From the NCBI GenBank assembly GCA_049970495.1, contig JBMFMV010000003.1, positions 18,693-82,692 of the forward strand: a stretch of DNA of 64,000 nt, written 5' to 3'. Position numbers and translations under genes: made by a program. Within the stretch, counting starts at the first letter, position 1, and each line of letters begins with the position of its first letter. Source of the stretch: a bacterium (lineage in GTDB: Bacteria > DUMJ01). The notes under the pieces were generated by a model. The model was given only the letters and a program-made list of their open reading frames with translations, was not told the origin of the DNA and did not search any database. Of this stretch, positions 54,074 to 62,787 are shown piece by piece.

Positions 54074-55001
54074 AGAATTTTTCTCTCCTTGCTATTAGAA
54101 GAGGTTTATTGTCTTCTATAATAACGGTTTCATTGGCAATTGCATTTCTTAGGTCTTTAGGGAGGCTAAAGATAGCTCTATGTGTTTCACCATCATAGTA
54201 CTTTAGGTTACTAAGACCTAATTTCTCTAGTCTAGCATTAACCTCTTCTTCGTTTAGCTCAACTGGATCCTTCCCTAAAGTAGCCATAACAAAGCCCCAA
54301 TCTGAATCATACATTGGAACATAAGCATGATATGACCTAACTAATGGAAAGACCTGTTTTAGGGTATTATGGATGGCGGTATGGGCTTTATTATTAATAA
54401 TTGAAACACTTAGCGCCTGAGTTACAAATATACCTCCTTCATTAAGATGGTTTCTTATAATACTATAAAATTCTTTAGTAAAGAGCTTAGACGCAGGTCC
54501 CTCTTCTAAAGGTTCCGTAAGATCGCTAATAATAACGTCAAATTTCTCACTAGAGTTTTCTATATAAGCCCTAGCATCCCCAATTACAAGCTCTGCTCGA
54601 GGGTCATTAAATGATCCTCCTGCTAGATGAGGAAGATATTCCTTGCATAACTCAATGACCTCCTCATCTATATCTACCATTACTGCTCTCTCTACCGGAT
54701 GCCTAAGGATTTCTCTTAGAGTAGCTCCTTCACCTCCACCTAGGAGTAGAACCTTTTTAGGATTATTTGCTAGGATCATTGCAGGATGTACTAGCACTTC
54801 ATGGTATATATATTCGTCTCTTTCAGAAGATTGACTTTCTCCGTCTAATACAAGCATCTTACCAAATTGATAACTTTCTAATATTTCCGCTACCTGATAT
54901 TGTGTCTCTCTTACTACTAAGCTTCTCTTTATACCATGAACATGGTACTCATTTGGTACAACTAGTTCTAAGAACCACTGCCAATTATGAGCTCTCGACA
55001 T
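54060..55001 (-). CDS. speE: Polyamine aminopropyltransferase (spermidine/thermospermine synthase family)
   Basis: LVLDGESQS, YHEVLVHP, GGGEGATLRE, FDVIISDLTEP. Confidence 0.92.
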   Translation of the reverse strand: MSRAHNWQWFLELVVPNEYHVHGIKRSLVVRETQYQVAEILESYQFGKMLVLDGESQSSERDEYIYHEVLVHPAMILANNPKKVLLLGGGEGATLREILRHPVERAVMVDIDEEVIELCKEYLPHLAGGSFNDPRAELVIGDARAYIENSSEKFDVIISDLTEPLEEGPASKLFTKEFYSIIRNHLNEGGIFVTQALSVSIINNKAHTAIHNTLKQVFPLVRSYHAYVPMYDSDWGFVMATLGKDPVELNEEEVNARLEKLGLSNLKYYDGETHRAIFSLPKDLRNAIANETVIIEDNKPLLIARREKFFGAQ

Positions 55002-55401
55002 ATCCTTTCACCTCCTCGGTAGTGTGTAGAGTATGAATGAATCTATTGTTCTCCACCGGAATCCCTCTATCAACTTGTGTTATAAAGACAGATTGAGCCT
55101 TTAGTCCTTCTGATATTACATTACAAGCCTTCCATGGATCTGTGTTCTCTCCACAAGTATATATATCTACCGCAGCATAGCCGAATTCTGGCCATGTGTG
55201 TATAGAAATATGTGACTCAGCTATCACTACCACACCACTTACCCCTATAGGGTTAAACTTATGGAATACTGCCTCTTTTATGTGTGCATTAGCAATAATA
55301 GCAGCTTTTATCATAAGCTCCTTTATCTTCTCTATGTTGTCTAAAAAATCTGCCTGGCATCCGGAGAGTTCCATTATTATGTGGACCCCGAGAGTTTTCA
55401 T
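54985..55401 (-). CDS. speD: S-adenosylmethionine decarboxylase proenzyme (class 1B)
   Basis: GVSGVVVIAE|SHISIHTWPE self-cleavage site, DIYTCG; start ATG 55401 more likely than TTG 55446. Confidence 0.9.
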   Translation of the reverse strand: MKTLGVHIIMELSGCQADFLDNIEKIKELMIKAAIIANAHIKEAVFHKFNPIGVSGVVVIAESHISIHTWPEFGYAAVDIYTCGENTDPWKACNVISEGLKAQSVFITQVDRGIPVENNRFIHTLHTTEEVKGYVESS

Positions 55402-55475
55402 CTCAAGTTCCCAACCCCTTTCTTTTAAGATTTTGTGTAGGGACAAATTTTCATATACCCCCTACACAATTTATA

Positions 55476-55504
55476 ACTATACAGTTTTTTGAAAAAAAAT
55501 GCAA
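55476..55504 (-). promoter_or_regulatory. Sigma70 promoter of the speD-speE-...-ahcY operon
   Basis: Minus strand TTGCAT-N17-TATAGT. Confidence 0.55.
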
Positions 55505-55546
55505 TAACCTATAGGCCAGATCTTATGTAAGAGCACTTTAAGATTC

Positions 55547-56434
55547 TTAACTTTCTATAACGATATTCTTTAGTACCCCTATATTCTCTACCTCTGCTTC
55601 AACTATATCTCCAGGCTTTATTGGAGCAATTCCAGAAGGTGTTCCAGTAGCTATTATATCACCAGGTTCAAGTGTCATATGCCTTGTTATAAAAGAGATT
55701 ATCTGTGGGATTTTAAATATAAGATTTTTAGTATTATCTTTCTGGCGGATAATTCCATTTACTCTGAGTTCTATGGCTAAATTATGTGGATCTTGAACGC
55801 ATTCTTTCAAAACTAAATAAGGTCCTATTGGACAGAAAGTGTCAAAACTCTTTGACCTAAACCATGGATTAGCTGCCTTTAGGTCTTCTGTCTGCATATC
55901 TCTAGCAGTTACATCATTTATCACTGTATAACCTAATACACAGTCCATAGCATTCTCTTCTGGGATATTCTTAGCTCTTTTACCGATAATTACACCCAAT
56001 TCTACTTCAGGATCGACCCTTGTAAGCCAATTAGGATACATTATTCTGTCTTCATGTCCTATTATTGAAGATACTGCCTTACTAAAGAATATTGGCTCTT
56101 TAGGAGCGTCATGTCCAGTTTCTTTTGCGTGCTCTAGGTAATTTCTTCCAAGAGCTATTATCTTAGATGGTCTTATTATTGGTGGTAGAATCTTAGATAC
56201 ATCAGCGATTAGTGTATTGACGAGGTCATGGTGTTTGATAAAGATTATAACCTTTTCTAGATACAAAGATAAGTTTTCTATATCTAACAGCTCTTCTATC
56301 AGACTGGGACATCTTGTTTCGTTTTCATATATACTACTAAAGATTTGAATACCTTTAGTTAGATTTAAGGTCCTATTCTCAAATAATAGTCCTATAAAAT
56401 TTCCTCTTTCGTTTTGATAATTTAGAAGCTTCAT
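55547..56434 (-). CDS. Fumarylacetoacetate hydrolase family protein
   Basis: KIIALGRNY.EH, DPEVELG, NDVTARD, KSFDTF, TGTP; SD favours ATG 56434. Confidence 0.92.
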   Translation of the reverse strand: MKLLNYQNERGNFIGLLFENRTLNLTKGIQIFSSIYENETRCPSLIEELLDIENLSLYLEKVIIFIKHHDLVNTLIADVSKILPPIIRPSKIIALGRNYLEHAKETGHDAPKEPIFFSKAVSSIIGHEDRIMYPNWLTRVDPEVELGVIIGKRAKNIPEENAMDCVLGYTVINDVTARDMQTEDLKAANPWFRSKSFDTFCPIGPYLVLKECVQDPHNLAIELRVNGIIRQKDNTKNLIFKIPQIISFITRHMTLEPGDIIATGTPSGIAPIKPGDIVEAEVENIGVLKNIVIES

Positions 56435-56524
56435 AGTCTCCTCCAATCCTATGAAAGTTTTTGTCTATTATACCATACTATGGTATAATCTGAATCGTAT
56501 AATAAGTTTGGAGGGGATTCTTTT

Positions 56525-57463
56525 ATGATTATGACAGTAAAAGGTCCAATAGCTGAAAACTTGTTAGGAAAGACTTTAGTACATGAACATATTATCTGCG
56601 ACTTTTCTGGGATAGAAGAGACCTCTAAAGATAAATACGACCGAGAAGAAGTTGTAAAAGTTATGTTACCATTCCTTAAGTCTATAAAGGACTACGGCTT
56701 TGAAAGTTTCTTCGATTGTACTCCAAAATATATTGGGCGTGATGTTGAAATTCTCCTTTCACTTTCAGAGTTATCTGATATCAATATAGTAACTAATACA
56801 GGATATTATGGCGCAGCTAATGATAAGTTTTTACCTAAATTTATATATAAATTAGATGAAGAGGATTTAGCAAGATTATGGATAGAGGAATGGCAAAAGG
56901 GAATAGAAGGTACTTCTATAAAGCCTGGTTTTATAAAGACTGGAGTTGACCCTTCTAATCTTAGTGAGATAGACAGAAAACTTATAAGAGCGTCAGCTAT
57001 TACCCATCTAGAAACAGGATTGACTATAGCCTGCCATACAGGGGAAGGGACTTGTGCTTTAGAGGTACTTGAGACTGTAAAAGAATATAACATCTTACCG
57101 ACTGCACTTATAATTGTCCATGCAGATAGTATAGAAAATAGAGAGATACTATTCAGACTAGCAGAAGAAGGGTGTTGGATAGAGTATGATTCTATAGGAA
57201 GTAGACCAATAGAATTTCATGTGAGGCTTATTTGGGATACTATACAAAGAGGATTTACATCACAGTTACTGATCTCTCATGATGCTGGCTGGTATACAGT
57301 AGGAGAACCTAGAGGTGGAGAGAGTAGAATTAGGCCATATACCTATATTGTGGAGTCTCTTATACCAAGACTTATTAAGGAAGGAATAAGTGAAGATATT
57401 ATCGACAGTATCTTAATAGATAATCCTGCTAAGGCTTTCTCTATATCTGTTAGAAGAAACTAA
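56525..57463 (+). CDS. Phosphotriesterase/lactonase-like amidohydrolase
   Basis: MTVKGPI, TLVHEH, GFIKTG, ACHT, VHAD, SHDAG, NPAKAF. Confidence 0.9.
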   Translation: MIMTVKGPIAENLLGKTLVHEHIICDFSGIEETSKDKYDREEVVKVMLPFLKSIKDYGFESFFDCTPKYIGRDVEILLSLSELSDINIVTNTGYYGAANDKFLPKFIYKLDEEDLARLWIEEWQKGIEGTSIKPGFIKTGVDPSNLSEIDRKLIRASAITHLETGLTIACHTGEGTCALEVLETVKEYNILPTALIIVHADSIENREILFRLAEEGCWIEYDSIGSRPIEFHVRLIWDTIQRGFTSQLLISHDAGWYTVGEPRGGESRIRPYTYIVESLIPRLIKEGISEDIIDSILIDNPAKAFSISVRRN

Positions 57464-57539
57464 GTTTCTTAACAATTTCTTAAAGAAAATAGCAGTTAAG
57501 ACATTGTCATAATATTTCTCTGTAAGATAAAATTATAGT

Positions 57540-58439
57540 ATGGAATTAAGGGAACGAATAGCCTATATAGTAATATCCTTATTGGCTAGCGTTGCTATTG
57601 TAAGTGTAATACTAATATTTATTTTTATTACTAAAGAATCTTTACCTATCTTTTTTAATCCTGAAATAAAGAAAGAAGCAAACTTTAGATCTTTTTTCTT
57701 AACTCGTGATTGGCAACCTATTGGTCTAGAACCCAAATATTCTTTTCTTCCTCTTATTGTAGGCACTTTGAAAGTCACAGTAGTTGCTCTTATAGTAGCA
57801 CTACCTCTGTCTTTAGGTTCAGCAATTTTTACTGCGGAATTTGCCCCTAGGAAGTTAAGAGAGGTAATAAAACCAATAATAGAGCTTTTTTCTGCTATCC
57901 CTTCAGTGGTGTTAGGTTTTTTTGCCCTTATGACAATAGCTTCTTGGGTACAGAGTATATTCCATGCTACCTCACGACTGAATGCTGTAACAGCCGGTTT
58001 TGCTCTTGCCTTTGCAGTTATTCCTATCACCTATACCATATGTGAAGATGCCTTGAGTACAGTTCCTAGGGAACTGAGAGAGGCTAGTATAGCTCTAGGA
58101 GCTACTAAGTGGCAGACGACTATCAAGGTAGTTCTTCCTTCTGCTTCTGGTGGAATCTTTGCTGGAGTTATATTAGGGTTGGCTAGAGCTATAGGTGAAA
58201 CAATGATCGTACTTATGGTTTCAGGAAATGCTGCCCAAATAACATGGAGTTTTTTGGATTCTGTAAGGACTATACCAGCCACTATAGCTGCAGAGATGGG
58301 GGAAGTGGCTTTTGGTAGCGCACATTATGCAGTTTTATTTCTACTAGGACTACTACTTTTCTCTATCACCTTTGTTATAAACTATATTGCTTCTACTCTT
58401 TTAGAAAGAACACAGAAAAGACTTAGAGGTGAGAAATGA
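57540..58439 (+). CDS. pstC: Phosphate ABC transporter permease PstC
   Basis: KPIIELFSAIPSVV, EASIALGATKW, ARAIGETM. Confidence 0.93.
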   Translation: MELRERIAYIVISLLASVAIVSVILIFIFITKESLPIFFNPEIKKEANFRSFFLTRDWQPIGLEPKYSFLPLIVGTLKVTVVALIVALPLSLGSAIFTAEFAPRKLREVIKPIIELFSAIPSVVLGFFALMTIASWVQSIFHATSRLNAVTAGFALAFAVIPITYTICEDALSTVPRELREASIALGATKWQTTIKVVLPSASGGIFAGVILGLARAIGETMIVLMVSGNAAQITWSFLDSVRTIPATIAAEMGEVAFGSAHYAVLFLLGLLLFSITFVINYIASTLLERTQKRLRGEK

Positions 58440-59281
58440 GGTTTAGAGAAAAGGTATATGTCTTTTTTACTTTTCTTACAGTAGTTATTGTAATAGGATT
58501 ACTCTTTTATATAATATTCGATATAGTAAGTAATGGGATAAAAGTAGTGAATTGGGAGTTTATCTCTCAGCCTCCTAGAGAGGGGATGACAAAGGGTGGT
58601 ATATTCCCAGCTTTATATGGAACTTTACTTAGGACTCTATTAATGTTAATATTTGTTGCTCCTATCGGAGTTTTTACTGCCGTATATCTTAATGAGTATG
58701 GGAGTGGAAAGAGGTTTTCTAGATGGATAAGATTAGCCATAAATAATCTTGCTAGTATCCCATCAATAGTATTTGGACTTTTTGGATTAGGATTCTTTGT
58801 GTTATTCCTAAGATTAGGAGCTGGGCTCCTATCAGCTGCTTTGACTGTTGGGTTGCTTACTCTACCCTTAGTAGTGGTATCTACGGAAGAGGCATTAAGA
58901 GCTGTTCCTAATTCTTATCGAGAAGCTGGCTTTGCCTTAGGGGCTACTAAGTGGCAGGTTATAAGATTAATTGTCCTTCCACAAGCACTACCAGGTATAT
59001 TAACTGGGGCTATACTGAGTGTGGGTAGAGGGATGGGGGAAGTAGCTCCTCTCTTATTTACAGGGGTAGCCTATTATCTCCCCTATCTCCCATCATCAAT
59101 CTTTGACCAGTTTATGGACCTTGGTTATCATATCTATATAATGACTACTCAATCCTTTGATGTCGAACTGACTAGACCTATACAGTATGGGAGTACCTTA
59201 ATCCTTTTGGTACTTACTTTTTCTCTGAATATCATCGCTATTCTTATAAGATCTAGAATAAGAAAAAGGAGACTAGTTTAG
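58436..59281 (+). CDS. pstA: Phosphate ABC transporter permease PstA
   Basis: GGIFPALYGT, LASIPSIVFGLFG, EAGFALGATKWQ, GEVAPL. Confidence 0.93.
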   Translation: MRFREKVYVFFTFLTVVIVIGLLFYIIFDIVSNGIKVVNWEFISQPPREGMTKGGIFPALYGTLLRTLLMLIFVAPIGVFTAVYLNEYGSGKRFSRWIRLAINNLASIPSIVFGLFGLGFFVLFLRLGAGLLSAALTVGLLTLPLVVVSTEEALRAVPNSYREAGFALGATKWQVIRLIVLPQALPGILTGAILSVGRGMGEVAPLLFTGVAYYLPYLPSSIFDQFMDLGYHIYIMTTQSFDVELTRPIQYGSTLILLVLTFSLNIIAILIRSRIRKRRLV

Positions 59282-60061
59282 ATGAACAGCACAAAGATAA
59301 AATTTTCAGTAAGGAATTTAAATATATACTATGGAAACTTTTTGGCTTTGAAGAACATAACATTAGATATACCAGAGAGAAGTATTACCGCCATTATAGG
59401 ACCTTCTGGCTGTGGAAAGTCTACATTTTTAAGGGCGTTAAATAGAATGAACGAGTTACTACCAAATGTGAAGACTGAAGGAGAAGTTTTGTTAGATGGA
59501 AAGAATATTTATAGTCCTGATATTGATGTCGTATCTTTAAGAAGAAGAGTCGGAATGGTTTTTCAAAGACCGAATCCATTTCCGAAGTCTATTTTTGAAA
59601 ACGTCGCCTTTGGCCTCCGTATACAGGGTGTAAAGAGTAGAGAACAGATAGAAGAGATAGTTGAACTAAGTTTGAGGAGGGCAGCTCTTTGGGATGAGGT
59701 AAAGAATAAGCTTCATAAATCCGCATTGGAACTTTCTGGCGGTCAACAGCAGAGACTATGTATAGCTAGAGTGCTTGCGGTTCAACCAGAGGTTATTTTA
59801 ATGGATGAGCCTGCCTCCGCACTTGACCCTATTGCAACCCTTCGTATAGAAGACCTTATGAGAGAGCTAAAAGAAGAATATACTATAGTAATAGTAACGC
59901 ACAATATGCAGCAGGCAGCAAGGGTTTCCGATTTTACTGCATTTTTCTTGACAGATGAGAATAGGACTGGTATGCTTATAGAATATGGAAATACTTCAGA
60001 GATATTTACAATACCAAAAGATCCTAGGACAGAGGGATATATAACAGGTAGATATGGTTAG
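59282..60061 (+). CDS. pstB: Phosphate ABC transporter ATPase PstB
   Basis: [38 protein letters not shown]. Confidence 0.96.
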   Translation: MNSTKIKFSVRNLNIYYGNFLALKNITLDIPERSITAIIGPSGCGKSTFLRALNRMNELLPNVKTEGEVLLDGKNIYSPDIDVVSLRRRVGMVFQRPNPFPKSIFENVAFGLRIQGVKSREQIEEIVELSLRRAALWDEVKNKLHKSALELSGGQQQRLCIARVLAVQPEVILMDEPASALDPIATLRIEDLMRELKEEYTIVIVTHNMQQAARVSDFTAFFLTDENRTGMLIEYGNTSEIFTIPKDPRTEGYITGRYG

Positions 60062-60075
60062 AGGAGAAAGTTATT

Positions 60076-60738
60076 ATGGTAAATCCTAGGCACATATTTG
60101 ATGATGAGTTAAAGGCATTAAGAGCAGATCTTCTAAGAATGGGAACTTTAGCTAGAGAGGCTGTAGATAAGTCTATCAAGGCACTTATAAATAGAGATAC
60201 AAGCCTTGCAGATGACGTGATTGTTGGGGATGATGTAATAGATAAAATGGACCTAGATATAGAAATGAAGTGCATGGAACTTATAGCAAGACAGCAGCCA
60301 ATGGCTAGAGACCTAAGGATTATAGGAACAATCTTAAAGACTATAACCGATTTGGAACGTATAGCAGATCATGCAGTAGATATAGCGAAGATAGCTAAGA
60401 TCTTGGCAAATCAACCACCCTTAAAGCCCTATATAGATATTCCTAGAATGTGTGAACTTTCATTATCTATGCTAGATGATGCATTAAAGTCATTTGTAAA
60501 CGAGGATATTGAGCTGGCTAGAAAGATGTGCGAGAGAGACGACTTGGTTGATGCTTTATATAATCAGGTTTTTAGAGAGCTTTTGACTTATATGATGGAG
60601 GATCCAAAGGCAGTAGTTAGAGCCCTGTACCTCATCTTTGTTGCCAGATTTTTAGAGAGGGTAGCAGATCATGCTACTAACGTGGGCGAAAGAGTGGTAT
60701 ATATGGTTACGGGAGTGTTAAAAGAGTTAAATGTGTGA
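60076..60738 (+). CDS. phoU: Phosphate signalling protein PhoU
   Basis: QQPMARDLR, DLERIADH, LERVADHATN. Confidence 0.95.
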   Translation: MVNPRHIFDDELKALRADLLRMGTLAREAVDKSIKALINRDTSLADDVIVGDDVIDKMDLDIEMKCMELIARQQPMARDLRIIGTILKTITDLERIADHAVDIAKIAKILANQPPLKPYIDIPRMCELSLSMLDDALKSFVNEDIELARKMCERDDLVDALYNQVFRELLTYMMEDPKAVVRALYLIFVARFLERVADHATNVGERVVYMVTGVLKELNV

Positions 60739-61948
60739 AGATGTACTGAGAAAATTATTGAGAAATGCAGTACAGGTTATATCTGTTGAAGAACTGAGGG
60801 AGAGGTTAGAGGAATCTGAGAGGCTAAAGAAACCTCTTAGAGTAAAGTTAGGGGTTGATCCTACAGCTCCAGATTTACATTTAGGACACTATGTGGGGTT
60901 AAGGAAGCTTAAAGAATTTCAGGAGTTTGGCCACACGATAGTCTTTGTTATAGGTGATTTTACTGCTCGAATAGGAGACCCTTCAGGACGTTCAGAAACT
61001 AGGAAACCTCTGTCTGAAGAAGAGGTCAGAGCTAATGCAGAAACTTATGCCAAGCAGGTTTTTAAAGTTTTAGATAGAGAAAAGACAGAATTAAGATTTA
61101 ATAGTGAGTGGCTTGGTAGACTTTCTTCTATCGATATTATAAGACTTACCAGTCTCTATACAGTTGCTAGGATGTTGGAGCGTGATGATTTCCATAAGAG
61201 ATTTACCGAAAATCGTCCTATTAGTATTCATGAATTTCTATATCCCCTCTTCCAGGCTTACGATTCTGTTGCTATAAATGCTGATATAGAGACAGGAGGA
61301 ACAGATCAGACATTTAATCTTTTAGTCGGTAGAGAGATACAACCTGAATATGGGCAAAGACCTCAGATAGTATTCACTTGGCCCTTGATAGAGGGTATAG
61401 ATGGCGTAATGAAAATGAGTAAGAGTTACGGAAATTATATAGCTCTTGAAGATCCACCTCAGGATATGTATGGAAAACTTATGTCTATCCCAGATCATCT
61501 TATTATCAAATATCTTATTTTACTTACTGATTTTTCGGATATGTATATAAAGCGGTGGGAAAAAGAGATGCAGGAGGGTCTTAATCCTAAGATAGTCAAG
61601 GAGATCTTGGCTATGGAGATTGTCTCTACATTTTATAGTAGAGAAACGGCTATAGAATGTAGAGAAGAATTTAATCGTGTATTTTCTCAGAAAGAACTGC
61701 CGAAAGAGATTCCTGAATTCTACTTAGATCTGTCCTACTTTACTTCAGAGATACCGTTAGTAGATATTCTGTTTAGTACAGGACTAACATCCTCAAAGAG
61801 TGAAGCTAGGAGACTTATAAGACAGAGAGGTGTTAAATTAGATGGTTCTATAGTTGAAGATCCTGATATTAAGATTAAGTTGAAACCTGACATCATTTTA
61901 CAAGTAGGAAAACGCAAATTTTTAAAACTAAAAGTTAGGAATGAATAG
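60731..61948 (+). CDS. tyrS: Tyrosine--tRNA ligase
   Basis: GVDPTAPDLHLGH, YPLFQAYDS, KMSKS, S4-like tail ending QVGKRKF. Confidence 0.96.
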   Translation: MCEDVLRKLLRNAVQVISVEELRERLEESERLKKPLRVKLGVDPTAPDLHLGHYVGLRKLKEFQEFGHTIVFVIGDFTARIGDPSGRSETRKPLSEEEVRANAETYAKQVFKVLDREKTELRFNSEWLGRLSSIDIIRLTSLYTVARMLERDDFHKRFTENRPISIHEFLYPLFQAYDSVAINADIETGGTDQTFNLLVGREIQPEYGQRPQIVFTWPLIEGIDGVMKMSKSYGNYIALEDPPQDMYGKLMSIPDHLIIKYLILLTDFSDMYIKRWEKEMQEGLNPKIVKEILAMEIVSTFYSRETAIECREEFNRVFSQKELPKEIPEFYLDLSYFTSEIPLVDILFSTGLTSSKSEARRLIRQRGVKLDGSIVEDPDIKIKLKPDIILQVGKRKFLKLKVRNE

Positions 61949-61950
61949 GG

Positions 61951-62445
61951 ATGGAGGAAAGAGCTACTGAGGTAAAGCTAGCTGAGGAGAAATTGTATAA
62001 GGGAGAAATTCTAGAAGCTATAAAAATATTAGAGCAGTATATTATTGGTCACCCTGAAGATTATTATGCTATAAATAAACTTGGAGTGGCATTTGTTAAT
62101 GATGGTAAATTAAACAGGGCTAAAGAGTGTTTCTTAAGAGCAATAGAGATAAATCCGAAGTTTGCTCCTCCCTATAGCAATATAGGAAATCTGTGTACTG
62201 AAGCTGGAAAATATGAGGAAGCCCTAATCTGGTATAAAAAAGCTCTTGAGATAGATCCAAACTTTTCTAGTGCTAGGTCTAATCTTGCACACCTTTATCG
62301 TCTAACAGGTAGGATAGATCTAGCAGTAGATGAGCTTAAGAAGGCTTATCATCGAGAGGGAGGAAAGACAGGCTTTAGTAAAAATTGGTGGTTGTGGGTC
62401 GTAGTTATAGCTGCTATATTGTACTTCATATATAGGGGTTCTTAA
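61951..62445 (+). CDS. TPR repeat protein with a C-terminal membrane anchor
   Basis: About three TPR repeats (NKLGV, SNIGN, SNLAH); hydrophobic C-terminus WWLWVVVIAAILYFIY. Confidence 0.85.
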   Translation: MEERATEVKLAEEKLYKGEILEAIKILEQYIIGHPEDYYAINKLGVAFVNDGKLNRAKECFLRAIEINPKFAPPYSNIGNLCTEAGKYEEALIWYKKALEIDPNFSSARSNLAHLYRLTGRIDLAVDELKKAYHREGGKTGFSKNWWLWVVVIAAILYFIYRGS

Positions 62446-62468
62446 ATTGGGAGAAAGGAGGGATACCT

Positions 62469-62738
62469 GTGCCCCTTTTTGGAAGAAAAGAATCTAAGAA
62501 AGTAGACCCTGCTCAGATTTTATCAGACTTAAAGGTGGTTTGTCAGAAGTATCTAGGAGATAGAACAGATAATATCTTACAGTCTTCTTTAAATAGTATT
62601 GGGAAGAACGCTTCTAGTTTGACCACTGACGATATAAGTCCTCTCATAAATAAACTTATTGATAATGTTGTTAATCCTTTAAAGAAGGCTGATTTTAGGG
62701 CAGAACTATTTGAGGTAAGAAGGAAATATACTGGATAA
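62469..62738 (+). CDS. Small hypothetical helical protein (89 aa)
   Basis: Strong SD AAGGAGG before GTG; fits the gap in the operon. Confidence 0.65.
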   Translation: MPLFGRKESKKVDPAQILSDLKVVCQKYLGDRTDNILQSSLNSIGKNASSLTTDDISPLINKLIDNVVNPLKKADFRAELFEVRRKYTG

Positions 62739-62787
62739 ATTTTAGATATTAAAAATCTGAAGGTTTTTAAGGAGAGTGCAAAATAAC

